Notes: a model not told the origin generated them from the letters alone. A stretch of DNA of 64,000 nt from Longimicrobiales bacterium (GCA_963664435.2 CAXXKM010000002.1:1053852-1117851); one strand, 5' to 3'; positions 19,900 to 30,270 are shown, counted from the first letter of the stretch. Program-made: numbers and translations.

Positions 19900-20535
19900 A
19901 TGAGCCAAGCAGCCGCATCGACAGCCGACCGGCACCCCATGCCGGGGATGATGGTCTACAACGTCAAGCTGGGAATGTGGATCTTCCTGCTGTCGGAAGT
20001 GATGTTCTTCACGGCCCTGATCGGGTCGTACATCATCCTGCGATTCGCCCACCCGGATCATTTCGCCGAGCCCGGAGCGGTGTTGAACGTGCCGCTCACG
20101 GCCTTCAACACCTTCGTCCTGATCTGTTCGAGCGTGTCGATGGTCAAGGCTTACGCCGCGATCACGCAGGGCGATCAGAAGGGGCTCAAGTTCTGGCTCC
20201 TGATAACGATTCTCCTCGGCACCTTCTTTGTCGGGGTTCAGGTGGTCGAGTACATCCTGTTGGCCCAGGAGGGATTCGTTCCCGTCGCGGAGCTGTACGG
20301 CGTCGCGCACGAGATCGAGGGAGCCGCCCTGTACGGCGCCACCTTCTATACGATGACGGGATTCCACGGCACCCACGTCACGATCGGAATCCTGTGCATG
20401 TGGTTCGTGCTGTACCGGGCGTGGCAGGGCAAGTACTCGGCTGACAACTACGGAGCGGTGGAGATCGTGGGTCTCTACTGGCACTTCGTCGACCTGGTCT
20501 GGATCCTTCTGTTCACCATCGTATACCTGATCTGA
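19900..20535 (+). CDS. coxC: cytochrome c oxidase subunit III
   Basis: GMWIFLLSEVMFF, TGFHGTHV, YWHFVDLVW. Confidence 0.95.
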   Translation: MSQAAASTADRHPMPGMMVYNVKLGMWIFLLSEVMFFTALIGSYIILRFAHPDHFAEPGAVLNVPLTAFNTFVLICSSVSMVKAYAAITQGDQKGLKFWLLITILLGTFFVGVQVVEYILLAQEGFVPVAELYGVAHEIEGAALYGATFYTMTGFHGTHVTIGILCMWFVLYRAWQGKYSADNYGAVEIVGLYWHFVDLVWILLFTIVYLI

Positions 20536-20578
20536 TCATCGGGGCGGGCCGCCGCTCGAAACCCAAGGAGATACCCGG

Positions 20579-20845
20579 ATGGCAGGCAACGGAGAACAAC
20601 CCAGATATTTCCTGATCTGGTTCGTACTGTTCGTTCTGACGATGGCGGAGGTGGGATACGCATTCCTCGCCCTGCCCCAGTGGCTGCTCGCCACAGGCTT
20701 GATCCTGATGGCGGTTTGGAAGGCTCTGCTGGTGGCGCTCTACTACATGCACCTGAAATACGAGCCCAAGCGACTCTGGCTTCTGGCCGCCAGCCCGTTG
20801 CCGCTGGCGGTGATTCTGGTGATCGCCGTTCTGACGGAGTTCTGA
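20579..20845 (+). CDS. cytochrome c oxidase subunit IV
   Basis: KALLVALYYMHLKYE; position in operon. Confidence 0.9.
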   Translation: MAGNGEQPRYFLIWFVLFVLTMAEVGYAFLALPQWLLATGLILMAVWKALLVALYYMHLKYEPKRLWLLAASPLPLAVILVIAVLTEF

Positions 20846-20907
20846 TCGGCTGACGGCGAGGAGGGCCGCCGGCCGAGCGAGCCGCGCCGCTCTTCCAACA
20901 GCCACGC

Positions 20908-20947
20908 AAAGCCCTGACCGTGCCCGGTGCGGCGCGGTCAGGGCTTT
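20908..20947 (+). terminator. hairpin, probable terminator of the oxidase operon
   Basis: 13-bp perfect stem AAAGCCCTGACCG / CGGTCAGGGCTTT. Confidence 0.6.
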
Positions 20948-21073
20948 CTGGTGGGTGGATCCGCCCACTCTTGCGGCACCGGGGCCTCCGGGCCCAACCT
21001 CACTGATAGCCATGGGCCATGTCGCGCGTTCGGGGACGCTGGTCTACGCCGGTCCAACTGAAGGAGGCAGTCC

Positions 21074-22030
21074 ATGTTCATGAAGCGGTTCTTCTATCCG
21101 GGAGCCCTGTCGGGCATGCTCGGCGCCGTTGCGATGGCGCTGTGGTTTCTGGCCATCGACGCCTCACAGGGGCAGCCCTTCCGCACCCCGGCGTTCCTGG
21201 AAGCCGCCCTCCTGGGTCGTGACACGGTCGCCGTGGCTCCGGGCAACGTCGTGCTCTACTCCGTGATCCACCTGGCGCTCTTCGCGCTGGCCGGTGTGGC
21301 GGTCGCCTGGCTGCTGGGCAGGATCAAGGCGGTGCCCGGCGTGCTTGCGGGGCTGATCGTCGGATTCGTGCTGTACGAGCTGGTGTTCTTTGCGAGCGTA
21401 GCGGTGACCGGGGTGGACATCGTCGAGAACCTGGGCTGGCTGGAGTATCTGACCGGCAACCTGATCGCGGGCGTAACGCTGGTCGGCTACCTGCACATGA
21501 TGGGGGCGGCCCCGGAGGTTCACTGGTGGTCGATCATGCGCCGCCAGCACATCCTGACGGAGGGGATCGTCGCGGGCCTGATCGGCGCGGCCGTGGTGGC
21601 CGTCTGGTTCCTGATCTTCGACGCGGTTTCGGGTCAGCCCTTCTTCACGCCGAGCGCCCTCGGCTCGGCCCTGTTCTTCGGGGTCACCGACCTCGACGCC
21701 GTCTCGATCCACATGGGGGCGGTGGTGGGCTATTCCGCCGTGCACCTTGGCGCGTTCGCGGTGATGGGGGTGGTCGCGTCGGCCGTCCTTACGCAGGCGG
21801 AGGAAGTTCCACCACTCCTGCTCGGCGCCGTGCTCCTGTTCGTCGCCTTCGAGGCCGCCTTCATGGGCTTCATCGCGCTCGGCGCCGAGTTCCTGCTGGG
21901 TCCCCTGGCCTGGACCTCGATCGCCTTCGCGAACGTGCTGGCCGCGGGCGGGATGGGCTACTATCTGTGGCGCAAGCACCCGAAGCTGCGCGCCGCCTTT
22001 GCCGCGAATCCGCTCGACAGGACAGCCTGA
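21074..22030 (+). CDS. multi-pass membrane protein made of two homologous halves
   Basis: WFLAIDASQGQPFRTP / WFLIFDAVSGQPFFTP and YSVIHL / YSAVHL duplicated; AAGGAGG RBS. Confidence 0.8.
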   Translation: MFMKRFFYPGALSGMLGAVAMALWFLAIDASQGQPFRTPAFLEAALLGRDTVAVAPGNVVLYSVIHLALFALAGVAVAWLLGRIKAVPGVLAGLIVGFVLYELVFFASVAVTGVDIVENLGWLEYLTGNLIAGVTLVGYLHMMGAAPEVHWWSIMRRQHILTEGIVAGLIGAAVVAVWFLIFDAVSGQPFFTPSALGSALFFGVTDLDAVSIHMGAVVGYSAVHLGAFAVMGVVASAVLTQAEEVPPLLLGAVLLFVAFEAAFMGFIALGAEFLLGPLAWTSIAFANVLAAGGMGYYLWRKHPKLRAAFAANPLDRTA

Positions 22031-22143
22031 GGGGGACGCCGGCGCCAGGCGCCCGGGCTGGATGAGCGGCGCGAACCCCTGCCGGGAGTCGGCGGGCCCG
22101 GAGCGCGGCCCTGGCGAGCGGCCTGCGAACCGACCGCGTTTTC

Positions 22144-23898
22144 CTACCGCCCGCGCACCTCGTGCCGCCGCAGCACCCGCCCCGGGAGGGCGCCGGTAAG
22201 CTCGCCTCCGTCGACCACGGCCTCGCCGTTCACGAACACGTACTCGATCCCCTCGTTTCCGCCGCCCGGATTGAGGATCGTCGCGTGGTCCTGCACCCGG
22301 GGATAGTCGAAGGCGACCAGGTCGGCCTTCTGTCCCGGACGGATGTACCCGCGGTCGGGAAGCCCGATGATCTGCGCGGGCAGGCCGGTCGAGGAGCGCA
22401 CGAAGAACGGCAGCGTGATCGTGCCCTTGTCGCGGACGTAGGTCGCGATCTTGTGCGGGTAGGTGCCGTAGTAGCGGGGATGCTGTCCGGGAGCCGGGTT
22501 CGGGACGATCCCCCCATCCGTGCCGGTCGCCGTGAAGTCCTGGCGCATGTAGCGCTCGACATCCTCCGGGCTTCCCGCCAGGGGACGGAAGCGAACGCCC
22601 GAGCGAAGCGAGGGTTCGCTGTCGAGCGCGAAGTGGATGACCTGCTCCACCGGCGTCAGCCCGTTGGCCTTGGCAACCTCCGCCAGGGTGCGGCCGACGA
22701 GTGACTCGTCCTGCGGCGAGATGACGATGATGTGCCGGTCCGCGCCGCCCTGGAGGTCGAGGATGTACTCGATGTCCGTGACCATTTCACGGTGGAGGTC
22801 GGGGTCTTCCATATGGGCGCGCAGGTTCTCCTTGTAGTTCCCGAAGAGGTCGTCGTCGCCGCCCCGCCACCTGGGATCGTCGAGCCCGCCCTCCCGGCTC
22901 TCGCCCGGGGGCGCGTAGTACCATGCGGGGATGACCACGGCCGAGCCGCCCCCGAAGGTCTCGTAGGGATACTGGTCCAGGTAGACCTGGACGCCTTCCG
23001 CGCGGGCTCGCCGGATCGCGGCCACGTCGGTCGCCGACTGGCCCCAGGTGGTCGGGCCCTTCGCCTTGATGTGGGTGCCGACCACGCGGATGCCGGTCTC
23101 GCGCCCGATGCGGATGGTTTCGTGCATGCCGTCGGTGGCCGTGAGTCTCCAGCCCGGCGGCCAGGTCGGGGGCGGCGTGTACTCGTCCACGATGCTCGGG
23201 GTGAGCCACAGCGGAAGCGGGGACTGGCTGCGCTGGTGGGAGTAGTAGAAGCCGTCGTAGTCGGCCACCACGTGTGCGAGAGCGATGATCTCCCCGGTCG
23301 TGGAGAAGCGTCCGGGCCGGTACTCGGGTCCCGCGCCCAGCCCCCAGGCTCCGGCTTCCATCCCCTTGCGGACCTCGGCGACCATCACCGCGATCTCGTC
23401 CGGGGTCGCGTGGCGCTCGTAGTCGTCACCCATCGCGACGGTCCGAACCGTGGCGTGGCCGACCATCGGAATCACGTTCAGCGCCGTGCCCCCGTTCTCG
23501 TATCCGGCGATCTCATCTTCCAGGGGCCAGGCGGGATTTCGCCCGTCCGGCCCGAACACGACGGTCGTGATCCCCTGGGCGACCAGGTTGGATGCCCGCC
23601 GGATCTCGATGTCCCCGTTGAACAGGCTGCGGTCGGCATGCGAATGCATGTCGATGAAGCCGGGCGTGACGTGGAGGCCGGTGGCGTCGATCTCGCGCGC
23701 CGCGCTCGCCCCGGCCAGGTCGCCCACCGCAACGATTTCGCCTCCGGCAATGCCGACATCCGCCACGAAAGCCGGATTGCCGGTCCCGTCCATCACCCGT
23801 CCGCCCCGTATCAGCAGGTCGAAGGACTGGGCATGGCCAGCGAGGGGATTGCCGGCGATGGCGAGCAGGACGGCGAGCGAAAACGTGATGCGGCGCAT
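22144..23898 (-). CDS. secreted amidohydrolase, N-acyl-D-amino-acid deacylase family
   Basis: signal peptide, DGTGNP, PGFIDMHSH, HPRYYGTY. Confidence 0.9.
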   Translation of the reverse strand: MRRITFSLAVLLAIAGNPLAGHAQSFDLLIRGGRVMDGTGNPAFVADVGIAGGEIVAVGDLAGASAAREIDATGLHVTPGFIDMHSHADRSLFNGDIEIRRASNLVAQGITTVVFGPDGRNPAWPLEDEIAGYENGGTALNVIPMVGHATVRTVAMGDDYERHATPDEIAVMVAEVRKGMEAGAWGLGAGPEYRPGRFSTTGEIIALAHVVADYDGFYYSHQRSQSPLPLWLTPSIVDEYTPPPTWPPGWRLTATDGMHETIRIGRETGIRVVGTHIKAKGPTTWGQSATDVAAIRRARAEGVQVYLDQYPYETFGGGSAVVIPAWYYAPPGESREGGLDDPRWRGGDDDLFGNYKENLRAHMEDPDLHREMVTDIEYILDLQGGADRHIIVISPQDESLVGRTLAEVAKANGLTPVEQVIHFALDSEPSLRSGVRFRPLAGSPEDVERYMRQDFTATGTDGGIVPNPAPGQHPRYYGTYPHKIATYVRDKGTITLPFFVRSSTGLPAQIIGLPDRGYIRPGQKADLVAFDYPRVQDHATILNPGGGNEGIEYVFVNGEAVVDGGELTGALPGRVLRRHEVRGR

Positions 23899-24071
23899 GA
23901 ATCGTTCCTCCCCTGGATTCCCTGACGTGGCCAGAACGGCAGCGGCCTGACCGACCTCTCTAACAGAGTACGCGGGCGACAGGGCTCCGGCGAGACGGAG
24001 GAAGTGAGCCGGCAAGGGCCGGTGGAAGGAATCCCGCCCGCGAGGTCTCTTCGCCGGGACGGGTGGCGGGG

Positions 24072-24275
24072 CTACCGCCTCCTGCCCGCGAGAAAGTCTG
24101 CCAGCCGGGACAGGTAGTACGCGAGCAGGATGCCCAGCGTCAGGAAGACGATCCCCAGAAGGAGATCGCCGAGCGAGGACGAGCGCGAGTACTGGACGAA
24201 CTCGTAGGCCGCGAATGCGAGGCAGAACGTGATGCCCGAGTAGATGAGAAAGCGGTGGAAGCCGATCAGGGACAT
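24072..24275 (-). CDS. small two-TM membrane protein
   Basis: hydrophobic 67-aa ORF (FHRFLI...) downstream of Trm112. Confidence 0.6.
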   Translation of the reverse strand: MSLIGFHRFLIYSGITFCLAFAAYEFVQYSRSSSLGDLLLGIVFLTLGILLAYYLSRLADFLAGRRR

Positions 24276-24353
24276 GAGGTAGTGTGGTTTCCCCCAGGCG
24301 CGACGTTACGCAGCCGGGCGCCTTCGAGTGATGGCGGAATTTCGTCCGATGCG

Positions 24354-24608
24354 TCAGAGGTTGTCGACGGCAATGGCTTCGTCGATGAGCATGATGGGAA
24401 TTCCGTCCCGTATCGGGTACAGGACGGCGCCGTCCTCCCGGACCAGGCCCGCCTTCACCGGATCGGTCAGGAGTTCGCCGCGCCGGTTCCGTACCGCACC
24501 CCCTTCGACGGCCCGATTGAGGGCGCTCAACAGATCGTCGTCGGCCACGCGCAGCGGGGTGCGCGTTTCGGGGCAGACGAGGATGTCGAGGAGTTCGGGG
24601 TCGAGCAT
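24354..24608 (-). CDS. Trm112 family protein
   Basis: LLDILVCPET...YPIRDGIPIML. Confidence 0.85.
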   Translation of the reverse strand: MLDPELLDILVCPETRTPLRVADDDLLSALNRAVEGGAVRNRRGELLTDPVKAGLVREDGAVLYPIRDGIPIMLIDEAIAVDNL

Positions 24609-24834
24609 GCGGGTTCCCGTACCTGGGTGATCGGTCTGCTCGGAGCGGGCCTGCGGAGACCGACCTGCCGATTCGCGGGCCTTGTCGTCCGTGTGCGCCC
24701 TTCCGCAAAGACATCCATAAGTTATCATTGCTGTCGAATCGATGGAAACGTCGTGTCCGTCCGCTGCGCCGGACGGCGTCGACGCCCGATCGGCATCCGG
24801 ATACGACGATCCACCCACCCTCGGCAGGCAATCG

Positions 24835-25404
24835 ATGTTCTCCCAATCCGCGCGTCATAAGTCTCGCGACCGGAACCGGCCACGGTCCCCGCACTTCCTT
24901 CTGTTTCCGGAGACCCGCCGTCCGCTTCTCGTTCTGTTGCTGTTGGCGCTGCCGCTGCTGGGCTGTCGCTCGAACGGGTCCGAGGGCGATGCGCAGTCCG
25001 GGTCCGAGGCGTCCGAAGCGGTCATGCCGGCGGGCCCCGGCCGCGACCTTGCCTGGGTGATCATCGGCGCGGATACGGTGGTGGTCGAGGTCGCGCGCAC
25101 GCCGGATCAACGCAGCCAGGGGCTCAAAGACCGCGACTTTCTCGCGCCCGGCGCCGGAATGATCTTCGTGTTCGATGACGAGGAAGTCCGGTCCTTCTGG
25201 ATGCAGGACACCTACATCCCGCTCGACATCGCCTATCTGGACGCGAACGCCCGCATCATCGACATCCAGCAGATGGAGCCCGAGAGCACGCGCCTCTACA
25301 CTTCCTCCGGCCCGGCAATGTTCGCGCTGGAGGTGCCGCAGGGCTGGTTCTCGCAGATGGAGATCGAGGTCGGGGCCCAGGCGGAGATCGTGTTCGGGAC
25401 CTAG
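24835..25404 (+). CDS. DUF192 family lipoprotein
   Basis: VEVART...GL, GMIFVF, FWMQDTYIPLDI, ALEV; start uncertain. Confidence 0.85.
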   Translation: MFSQSARHKSRDRNRPRSPHFLLFPETRRPLLVLLLLALPLLGCRSNGSEGDAQSGSEASEAVMPAGPGRDLAWVIIGADTVVVEVARTPDQRSQGLKDRDFLAPGAGMIFVFDDEEVRSFWMQDTYIPLDIAYLDANARIIDIQQMEPESTRLYTSSGPAMFALEVPQGWFSQMEIEVGAQAEIVFGT

Positions 25405-25486
25405 TCTCGCTCGATGATGGCCTCGTACACGAGCGGTCTCGGAAGGCGATCGAGCGGTGCCCCGCCCTACAGCCCGGTGCGCCCGC

Positions 25487-25906
25487 TCAGCTCCCGGCCC
25501 CGCCCATGCGGTGGTCGAGGGTCATGTGGTCCTCATCCATCGTGCCCCACAGCACGGCGGCGCCCGCCGCGATGATGATCGACGGATAGAAGAGCACGTT
25601 CGCGCCCTCGATGAACCAGCCCCAGGGGTCGAGCACCGATCGCCACACGGCTACGGCGGTGACGCCCAGGATGAGGAACATCACCGGGTAGGCGCGCCTG
25701 CGCCAAAGCCCGAGCACGACCAGCACGCCGAGCAGCGCCTCCGCCACGCCGAACACGTTGAGGAAGATCGGGCTGCTGCCGATCCCGCCGTAGAACGAGT
25801 CGGCAACCGCGACGCCGTGGTCGACGTTGACGAGTTTGTCGAGCCCCCACATTACCAGCAGGTATCCCGTGCTGACTCTCAGTACCAGCAGTCCCCAACG
25901 TTTCAT
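25487..25906 (-). CDS. DoxX family membrane protein
   Basis: LRVSTG...WGLDK, AEALLG. Confidence 0.75.
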   Translation of the reverse strand: MKRWGLLVLRVSTGYLLVMWGLDKLVNVDHGVAVADSFYGGIGSSPIFLNVFGVAEALLGVLVVLGLWRRRAYPVMFLILGVTAVAVWRSVLDPWGWFIEGANVLFYPSIIIAAGAAVLWGTMDEDHMTLDHRMGGAGS

Positions 25907-25948
25907 GTCGGCCTCCTGTAGTGAGCGGGTCGTGCCCGGGTGCCGGGA

Positions 25949-26440
25949 TCAGAAGCCCTCGTCCGCCGACGGCCCGTACATTCCCGGCACCGCGACATCG
26001 CACTCGCGCAGGTAGATGGCGAGCTGGGCGCGGTGGTGCACGATGTGGTTCATGACGAAGAAACGGAATACCAGGCCCTTGGGCATGGTGAAGTGGACGG
26101 TGTCGCCGGAGCGAAGGGTCCACATCTCCTGAAAGGTCTCCGCCGAGGCCGCTTCCAGGGCTTCGCGCGCGTCGGCAATGGTCGCGTCGAAGGCGGCGAC
26201 GATCTCGGCCGAGTTTGCGAACTGCTGAGGCTCCCAGGGCTGGGACAGGTCGATCTCGTCCTGCTCGAAGGTCGGCCGGGTCCAGCCTCCCACGGTCGCG
26301 ACGTGGGTGGCGAGCTCCCGCATGGTCCACGACTTCTCGTGGGGCCTGTAGTCGAGGTGCTCGTCGGGGATGGCATCGAGCATCCGGCGGGTGTTCGCGT
26401 TCTCGTGGTCGAACTCGGGAAGAAGCATGGCTCCTTGCAT
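25949..26440 (-). CDS. DinB family protein
   Basis: YRPHEKSW..ELATH, NHIVHHRAQL. Confidence 0.88.
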   Translation of the reverse strand: MQGAMLLPEFDHENANTRRMLDAIPDEHLDYRPHEKSWTMRELATHVATVGGWTRPTFEQDEIDLSQPWEPQQFANSAEIVAAFDATIADAREALEAASAETFQEMWTLRSGDTVHFTMPKGLVFRFFVMNHIVHHRAQLAIYLRECDVAVPGMYGPSADEGF

Positions 26441-26574
26441 GTCGGCGTGTCCTGTGCGAGGGTGCGGGAAGGGCGCGAAAGGCAGGGAACCAATCTAGCG
26501 AGCGCGGATCGACTGTGGGAAGCCATCGACCAACCGAACCTCCCGGACGGGAACAGGGGAGCGACGGGAACGGC

Positions 26575-27006
26575 ATGTCGTCGAATCAGACGGGGGGCGC
26601 CGCCGCCCGCCCGCCGGTGGTGGCGGACGCGATGACGATCACGGTTCGTCCCGAGTACGCGACCCGATACTCCGATCCCCGCGTCTCCCAGTTCGTTTTC
26701 ACCTACGACGTCACGATCGAGAACGTGGGCGACGAGGTGGCGCAGCTCCTCTGGCGCCACTGGCTGATCCATGATCCCGTGGCGGGCGATCATGAAGTCG
26801 AAGGGGAGGGCGTCGTGGGCGAGTTCCCGATCCTGCGGCCGGGCGAAGCGCACCGCTACCAGAGTTTCTGCGTACTCCGCGGTCCGAATGGTCACATGGA
26901 AGGGTTCTACCACTTCCGGCGGCGGGACGGCTCCGTCTTCCGCGCTCCGGTCCCGCGCTTTCACTTCCATGCCCCGCCCGAGGCGGCGGGCACCCTTTTG
27001 AACTAG
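26575..27006 (+). CDS. apaG: ApaG domain protein
   Basis: QLLWRHW, GEGVVGEFP.L.PG, GHMEG. Confidence 0.92.
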   Translation: MSSNQTGGAAARPPVVADAMTITVRPEYATRYSDPRVSQFVFTYDVTIENVGDEVAQLLWRHWLIHDPVAGDHEVEGEGVVGEFPILRPGEAHRYQSFCVLRGPNGHMEGFYHFRRRDGSVFRAPVPRFHFHAPPEAAGTLLN

Positions 27007-28184
27007 CGGTCCACGGGCTGCCGGGACGGCAGCACCGACCGCAGCGCATCCCACAGCGCCGTCATATCCGCCTGGTCGTTGTAGGCGTGGGGCGAGATGC
27101 GGAGCGCCGTGCCGCGCAACGACACATGGACGTTGCGGGCGGCCAGAGCTTCGCTCACAGCCCTCGGGTCCAGGCCGGAAGGGGCGTGGAGTCCGAAGAG
27201 ATGGGAGGCGCGCCAGGGTCCGTCCTCGACCCCGAATCCGGCTTCGTGCGCCCGCTCGACCAGCTCCGCCGTGAGGTTGCGACAGTACTCGGCGATGCGT
27301 GAGGGCGTCCACCCGAGTACGAGCTCGAGCGCGGCGTTCATCATCGGAACCAGGATGAAGTTGCTGCGCTCGCCGACGTCGAAGCGGGTCGCACCGGGTT
27401 CGTAGCCGTCGGGGTAGTTGCCCGCGAGGCCGGCGAAGTCGCGGCTGCCCTCGCGGCCGATCCACGTCTCCTCCAGCGGGACGCCGTCCAGAAGGCGCGG
27501 TCCGAAGTAGGCCAGGCCGATGGAGTAGGGCCCCATCAGCCACTTGTAGCCGGAGCAGATGAGCGCGTCGGGCCGGATGCGGGCCACGTCGAAGTCCATG
27601 GCCCCGACCGACTGGGTGCCGTCGATGATGAGGTACGCCCCGACTTCCCGGGCGCGCGCGGCGATCGCATCGATGTCGAAGACGGTGCCGTCGGTCCAGT
27701 GGACGGCGCCCATGGTCACGACCGCGGTGTCGGCGTCGATGGCCTCGAGGATGCGGGTGCTCCACCGCTCGCCGCAGCCGGGACCAGGACGCGCATCGAC
27801 AACCCGCAACGCCGCCCCACGCTCACGGGCGAGCCGTCGCCAGCTGTGGACGTTTCCGGGGAACTGCCGCGCGGTGAGCACGATGTTGGCGCCGCGGCGC
27901 GCGTCGATGTTGCGGGCGCAGGTCGCCACCCCGTACGAAGCCGCGGGAATGATGGCGATGTGGTCGGCGGGAGCGTTGACCAGGCGGCCGAAACGGCGGC
28001 GCAGCTCGTCGCAGGGGTCGAAGAAATCCGCGGGCGTGATCCCGCTGGGCGCGCACTTGGCGCGAATGCCCCGGATGCCGGCTTCCTCGACCGCGCGCGC
28101 GAGGGGACTCAGGTACGCGCAGTTGATGTAGTGGATGCCCGGGTCGAGGGAGAAGGCGGACTTCTGGCAGGCGAGTGGGGTCAT
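27003..28184 (-). CDS. class V PLP-dependent aminotransferase
   Basis: YINCAYLSP, IDGTQSVG, CSGYKWLMGP. Confidence 0.88.
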   Translation of the reverse strand: MTPLACQKSAFSLDPGIHYINCAYLSPLARAVEEAGIRGIRAKCAPSGITPADFFDPCDELRRRFGRLVNAPADHIAIIPAASYGVATCARNIDARRGANIVLTARQFPGNVHSWRRLARERGAALRVVDARPGPGCGERWSTRILEAIDADTAVVTMGAVHWTDGTVFDIDAIAARAREVGAYLIIDGTQSVGAMDFDVARIRPDALICSGYKWLMGPYSIGLAYFGPRLLDGVPLEETWIGREGSRDFAGLAGNYPDGYEPGATRFDVGERSNFILVPMMNAALELVLGWTPSRIAEYCRNLTAELVERAHEAGFGVEDGPWRASHLFGLHAPSGLDPRAVSEALAARNVHVSLRGTALRISPHAYNDQADMTALWDALRSVLPSRQPVDR

Positions 28185-28479
28185 GGGGCGTGTGATTGGG
28201 TCACCGGGGGTTCCGCGCATTGGCTGACCGGATGACATGTGTGCCGTTCAGGGCCACCAATTGTAAGGCACCCCGGTCGGTTGGCATACGCCCGGCCGTT
28301 GAAGCTTCGACAGCCCGTGGGAAGGAACCTCCTGCGTTCCCCTGACGGCCCGGGTCGCGACCCGGTTCGGCATCCGGTATTGTGACCGGGCGTTCCCGGG
28401 CCGCTGCCCGGCCGGTCCGCCCTGGCCGGGACACGTCACGCGCCCATCACACGTCGCCCATCGGCAGAGGCTCCCCTCC

Positions 28480-30153
28480 ATGGACATCGCGCGCGCTCCC
28501 CTGGCCCTTCTCTCCCTCTTCCTTCTGACGACCAGCCCGCTGCGGGTGTCGGCCCAGACCGACCCGGGTCCCTACGACATCCTGATCACGGGGGGACGCA
28601 TCGTGGACGGCACCGGCAACCCGTGGTTCTCGGGAGACGTGGCCATCCGCGACGACCGCATCGTGGCGGTGGGGCACCTTGCCGATGCGGACGCAAACAG
28701 GGTCATCGACGCGACCGGACTCGTCGTCGCGCCCGGGTTCATTGACCTGCACACCCATTCGGACGGACGGCTGCTGGATGACGGCACGGCGCAGAGCAAG
28801 GTGCGTCAGGGGGTGACGCTGGATGTGGCCGGGGAGTCGAGCAGCCAGGCGCCACGCGATGGGCTGGACGCTGCAGGCGGCGGAGGCTGGACCACCTTCA
28901 CCGGGTATTTCGAGCGACTCGAGGAAGGCGGCATCTCGATGAACCTCATTTCCCACGTCTCCTACCATCAGATACGCCGCGTGGTGAAGGGCTTCGACGA
29001 GAGCCCGGCGACCCCCGCCGAGCTGGAGCGCATGAAGGAGCTGACCGCCCGGTCGATGGAGGAAGGGGCCTGGGGCCTCGTGACCCGCTTCGGAAGCGGC
29101 GGTCCCCGTCATCCCGACGAGGTGCTGGAGGTGGCCCGGATCGTGGCCTCGTACGGGGGCAACTATACGTCGCATCACGGCAGCGAGGGCTACCAGCAGG
29201 AGCAGGAGATCGATTTCGCCATCCGCGTGGCCGAGGAAGTCGGCATCCCGGTCCATCTGTTCCACTTCAAGATCCGGGCGCGGAACAACTGGGGCACCAT
29301 CGATCGCTACATCGATCAGATCGCCCGGGCTCGCGCCCGGGGTCTCGACATCACGGCGAACCAGTACCCGTACACGGCCATGTTCCACGGGTGGAGTTCC
29401 TTCTTTCCGCTCTGGGTCCGGGAGGGCGGGCCCGACGCGTTCGCCCGCCGCCTCCGCGACGAGTCACTCAGGGAGCGGATCAAGAACGACGCCGACTTCA
29501 TCGCCTGGGCCGAAGAGCACGGCTGGTGGGAGGGCATCGTGCTCGCCCGGGCGAGCCTGCCCGAGGTTCGCCGCTACGAGGGCATGCGCGTGGCCGAGAT
29601 CGCCGAGTCGCTGGGCGTGGACGACCCCGCCGACCTGGTGATCGACCTGATGGCGGCCGAGGGCGGCAGCATCAGCGGCGTCTTCCACACCATGTCGGAG
29701 GAGGATGTGCGCCAGATCATGCGGCAGCCCTGGGTGGCCCACGCCAGTGATGGATCGGCCATCAACCTGGACGCCCCCGGCATCCCCCATCCACGCAACT
29801 ACGGAACGGTCCCGCGGGTGCTCGGCCACTACGTTCGCGACGAGGGCGTGCTCGATCTGGAAGATGCCGTCCGCAAGATGACCTCGCTGCCGGCGCAGAT
29901 CCTGGGGATTGCCGACCGCGGCCAGGTGCGGACGGGCTTCGTCGCCGATGTCACCCTGTTCGACCCGGACGGGATCGCCGAGACGAACTCGTTCGAGAAC
30001 CCCAAGTCCTATCCGGTGGGGATTCCCTACGTGATCGTCAACGGGACCCTGGTGATCGACGGGGGCGAGCACACGGGAGCGCGGCCGGGAAGGGCTCTTC
30101 GCGGGAGGGGCTTTCGGCCGGGAGGACCTGTGAGCGATGGGGCGGGGGGGTGA
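28480..30153 (+). CDS. secreted D-aminoacylase-family amidohydrolase
   Basis: PGFIDLHTH, HPRNYGT, AVRKMTSLPA. Confidence 0.9.
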   Translation: MDIARAPLALLSLFLLTTSPLRVSAQTDPGPYDILITGGRIVDGTGNPWFSGDVAIRDDRIVAVGHLADADANRVIDATGLVVAPGFIDLHTHSDGRLLDDGTAQSKVRQGVTLDVAGESSSQAPRDGLDAAGGGGWTTFTGYFERLEEGGISMNLISHVSYHQIRRVVKGFDESPATPAELERMKELTARSMEEGAWGLVTRFGSGGPRHPDEVLEVARIVASYGGNYTSHHGSEGYQQEQEIDFAIRVAEEVGIPVHLFHFKIRARNNWGTIDRYIDQIARARARGLDITANQYPYTAMFHGWSSFFPLWVREGGPDAFARRLRDESLRERIKNDADFIAWAEEHGWWEGIVLARASLPEVRRYEGMRVAEIAESLGVDDPADLVIDLMAAEGGSISGVFHTMSEEDVRQIMRQPWVAHASDGSAINLDAPGIPHPRNYGTVPRVLGHYVRDEGVLDLEDAVRKMTSLPAQILGIADRGQVRTGFVADVTLFDPDGIAETNSFENPKSYPVGIPYVIVNGTLVIDGGEHTGARPGRALRGRGFRPGGPVSDGAGG

Positions 30154-30229
30154 TGAGAGGGGTCGGTACGGCGCGGGGCTGTTGACGGCTGTTGACGATC
30201 TCCAGCCGTGACATCCCCTCAAATGCGAA

Positions 30230-30268
30230 GTGTAGTTGTCATTTGGTCGGACCAGATGTAAACTACAC
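30230..30268. promoter_or_regulatory. 39-bp imperfect palindrome abutting the ATPase start
   Basis: GTGTAGTTGTCATTTGGTC-G-GACCAGATGTAAACTACAC, arms pair at 16/19. Confidence 0.6.
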
Positions 30269-30270
30269 CT

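Noticed and set aside
27003..28184. Class V aminotransferase as the SspA/IscS sulfur donor
   Set aside because: No SGSAC or GHHCA catalytic-Cys loop is visible, and it lies in the core region far from the PT operon.
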